The translations under genes were made by a program, and so were the position numbers. From an uncultured Bdellovibrionales bacterium (GTDB taxonomy: Bacteria > Myxococcota > XYA12-FULL-58-9 > CAYHNK01), in the NCBI GenBank assembly GCA_964357695.1, contig CAYHNK010000003.1, forward strand, positions 1 to 48,026: a stretch of DNA of 48,026 bases, written 5' to 3'. Positions 46,910 to 48,026 of the stretch are shown one piece after another; the first letter of the stretch is position 1, and each line of letters begins with the position of its first letter. The notes under the pieces were generated by a model. That model was not told the origin of the DNA. It saw only the letters and a program-made list of their open reading frames with translations, and made no database searches.

Positions 46910-47793
46910 CACTGTGGCTCGCGATGAGCACACTCGCGGGCTGCGGCCTCGATCTCGAGCGACGTGACGGCTCGCTCGAGGTCGCGCTCGTGGCCTTTGT
47001 GCGCAACGCCGAAAGCGACACGACGGTGCGCGTCGAGCACGCCGGCTACACCTCGGAGCTTGAGTTCACCGGCACCGATCCTTTGCACGTCGAGTCGACG
47101 CCAGCCGGCGACGTGTGGATCTCGGCCCGCATCGTTGGCGGCGCAACGTTCGCCACGAACCGCGTGCCGGTCACGGTCTTTGCCGGCGAGCTCGCGCACA
47201 TCGGTTTGCAGGTGGTTGACGATGGCGAGGGCGATCCCGACGGTGACGGCGTGCGCAGCCGCGACGATCTCTGCCCCCTCGCCGACGATCCCGACCAGGC
47301 GGATGGCGATCGCGATCGGCTCGGCGATGCCTGCGACAACTGCCTGTCGCACAACAATCCCTGGCAGGAAGATCGCGATACCGATGGCTACGGCGACGCC
47401 TGCGATCCGGATATCGACGGCGATGGCGTGCTCAACGTTCGTGACGGCTGCCCACTCGACGCTTCGGGCGACATCGACGCCGACGGGGACGGCATCTGTG
47501 ACGCACATGACAACTGTCTTGGTATCGCCAATGCGTTGCAGGGCAACTGCGATCGCGACCCGGCCGGGGATGCTTGCGACGACGACATCGATGGCGACGG
47601 TGTCGTCAACGATAGTGACGTCTGCGCGTTCGCTTGGGATCCTTCACAGACCGATAGCGATGGTGACGGCGTCGGGGATGCTTGTATCGCGGACCCCTCC
47701 GCGTGCCAACCGCCGCCGGTCAGCAGTACGTCCGGTGCAATATCACCGCCCGCGGTAGCCGAGGGCCGGTATGACGCTCATGAGGAGAAGTAG
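46894..47793 (+). CDS. lipoprotein with beta-sandwich domain and about 8 thrombospondin type-3 (Ca-binding, Cys/Asp-rich) repeats
   Basis: The lipobox LAGC is only 6 residues after the first ATG (46924). The in-frame TTG at 46894 gives M-ARALTLWLAMSTLAG|C, a proper lipoprotein signal. TSP3 units include DPDGDGVRSRDDLC, DGDRDRLGDACDNC, DTDGYGDACDPDIDGDGV and DSDGDGVGDAC. Confidence 0.75.
   Translation: MARALTLWLAMSTLAGCGLDLERRDGSLEVALVAFVRNAESDTTVRVEHAGYTSELEFTGTDPLHVESTPAGDVWISARIVGGATFATNRVPVTVFAGELAHIGLQVVDDGEGDPDGDGVRSRDDLCPLADDPDQADGDRDRLGDACDNCLSHNNPWQEDRDTDGYGDACDPDIDGDGVLNVRDGCPLDASGDIDADGDGICDAHDNCLGIANALQGNCDRDPAGDACDDDIDGDGVVNDSDVCAFAWDPSQTDSDGDGVGDACIADPSACQPPPVSSTSGAISPPAVAEGRYDAHEEK
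47233..47685 (+). repeat. coding tandem repeats (thrombospondin type-3-like Asp/Gly/Cys units)
   Basis: Repeated GAYGGCGAYGGC...TGCGAC-type nucleotide units encode about 8 DxDxDGxxDxxDxC-like motifs. The repeats are at protein level and are not a CRISPR or satellite. Confidence 0.6.
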
Positions 47794-48026
47794 ATGAGCA
47801 GCACCCGCAGAATGTCCCACCTGGCCCCCAGCGTCGCCGCGGGGCTCATGGCGCTTGCGTGTGCCTGCGGGAACATTACCTCGTCCGCCGACGCGACCGT
47901 CCGCGTCACCGTCGAGGGCACGCGCGATCTCGCGTTCGTGGAGGTCGAAGACGACGGCACCGTGGAGCTCGAAGGCGCCGTCACGCTCGATCGCGCTCGA
48001 GGACTCGCCGACCGGGGTCGCCGCCC
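47794..48026 (+). CDS. putative secreted/lipoprotein, 5' partial (runs off window end)
   Basis: The ATG at 47794 directly follows the upstream TAG and is preceded by GAGGAGAAG. The N-terminus is MSSTRRMSHLAPSVAAGLMALACACG (signal-like with Cys). The frame stays open to the window end with high GC3. Confidence 0.5.
   Translation, partial: MSSTRRMSHLAPSVAAGLMALACACGNITSSADATVRVTVEGTRDLAFVEVEDDGTVELEGAVTLDRARGLADRGRR

Noticed and set aside
47233-47685. Periodic GAC/GGC-rich nucleotide repeats that could be mistaken for a tandem-repeat or CRISPR-like array.
   Set aside because: The units are imperfect and in frame, and they encode thrombospondin type-3 Ca-binding motifs inside a lipoprotein gene. 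There is no constant repeat with unique-spacer structure.

Overview
This is a strongly GC-rich chromosomal segment; third codon positions are almost all G/C by eye (not computed). I can support about 40 protein genes and one tRNA-Phe. I recognised no rRNA, CRISPR array, transposase or integrase. The gene content suggests a myxobacterium-like deltaproteobacterium: DUF4388, SBBP and TSP3-repeat lipoproteins, very large hybrid kinases, a STAND/TPR regulator and an ECF sigma with a caspase-like protein. That assignment is inference only.

Housekeeping genes:
- deoxyhypusine-synthase-family gene, mltG, ruvX, phaR, tRNA-Phe, nth
- clpS-clpA
- a three-gene acyl-CoA carboxylase (CT, BC, BCCP)
- nadD, glutaryl-CoA dehydrogenase, an amidase, and a Cys/Met-metabolism PLP enzyme

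Most interesting observations:
1. A tightly coupled cluster at 43.9-48.0 kb: ECF sigma, zf-HC2 anti-sigma, secreted caspase-like (peptidase C14) protein, thrombospondin-type-3-repeat lipoprotein, and a further lipoprotein.
2. A 1144-aa P-loop/TPR/winged-helix STAND-type protein. It is divergent from a 1027-aa membrane coiled-coil protein across a conspicuously AT-rich 130-bp spacer.
3. A 17/18-nt direct repeat that duplicates the 3' end of the BCCP gene. It brackets a 576-bp opposite-strand insert carrying a decayed nucleotidyltransferase-like gene.
4. An acyl-CoA carboxylase alpha subunit that appears split into BC and BT-BCCP genes at a TGATG junction.
5. A 1496-aa hybrid kinase with a FixL-like PAS domain, translationally coupled to a receiver-kinase.
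6. A pseudo-receiver/DUF4388/J-like/TPR protein.
7. A 0.7-kb apparent gap containing unannotated small ORFs.

All family calls come from motif recognition by eye; no searches were run. Many start codons are uncertain.
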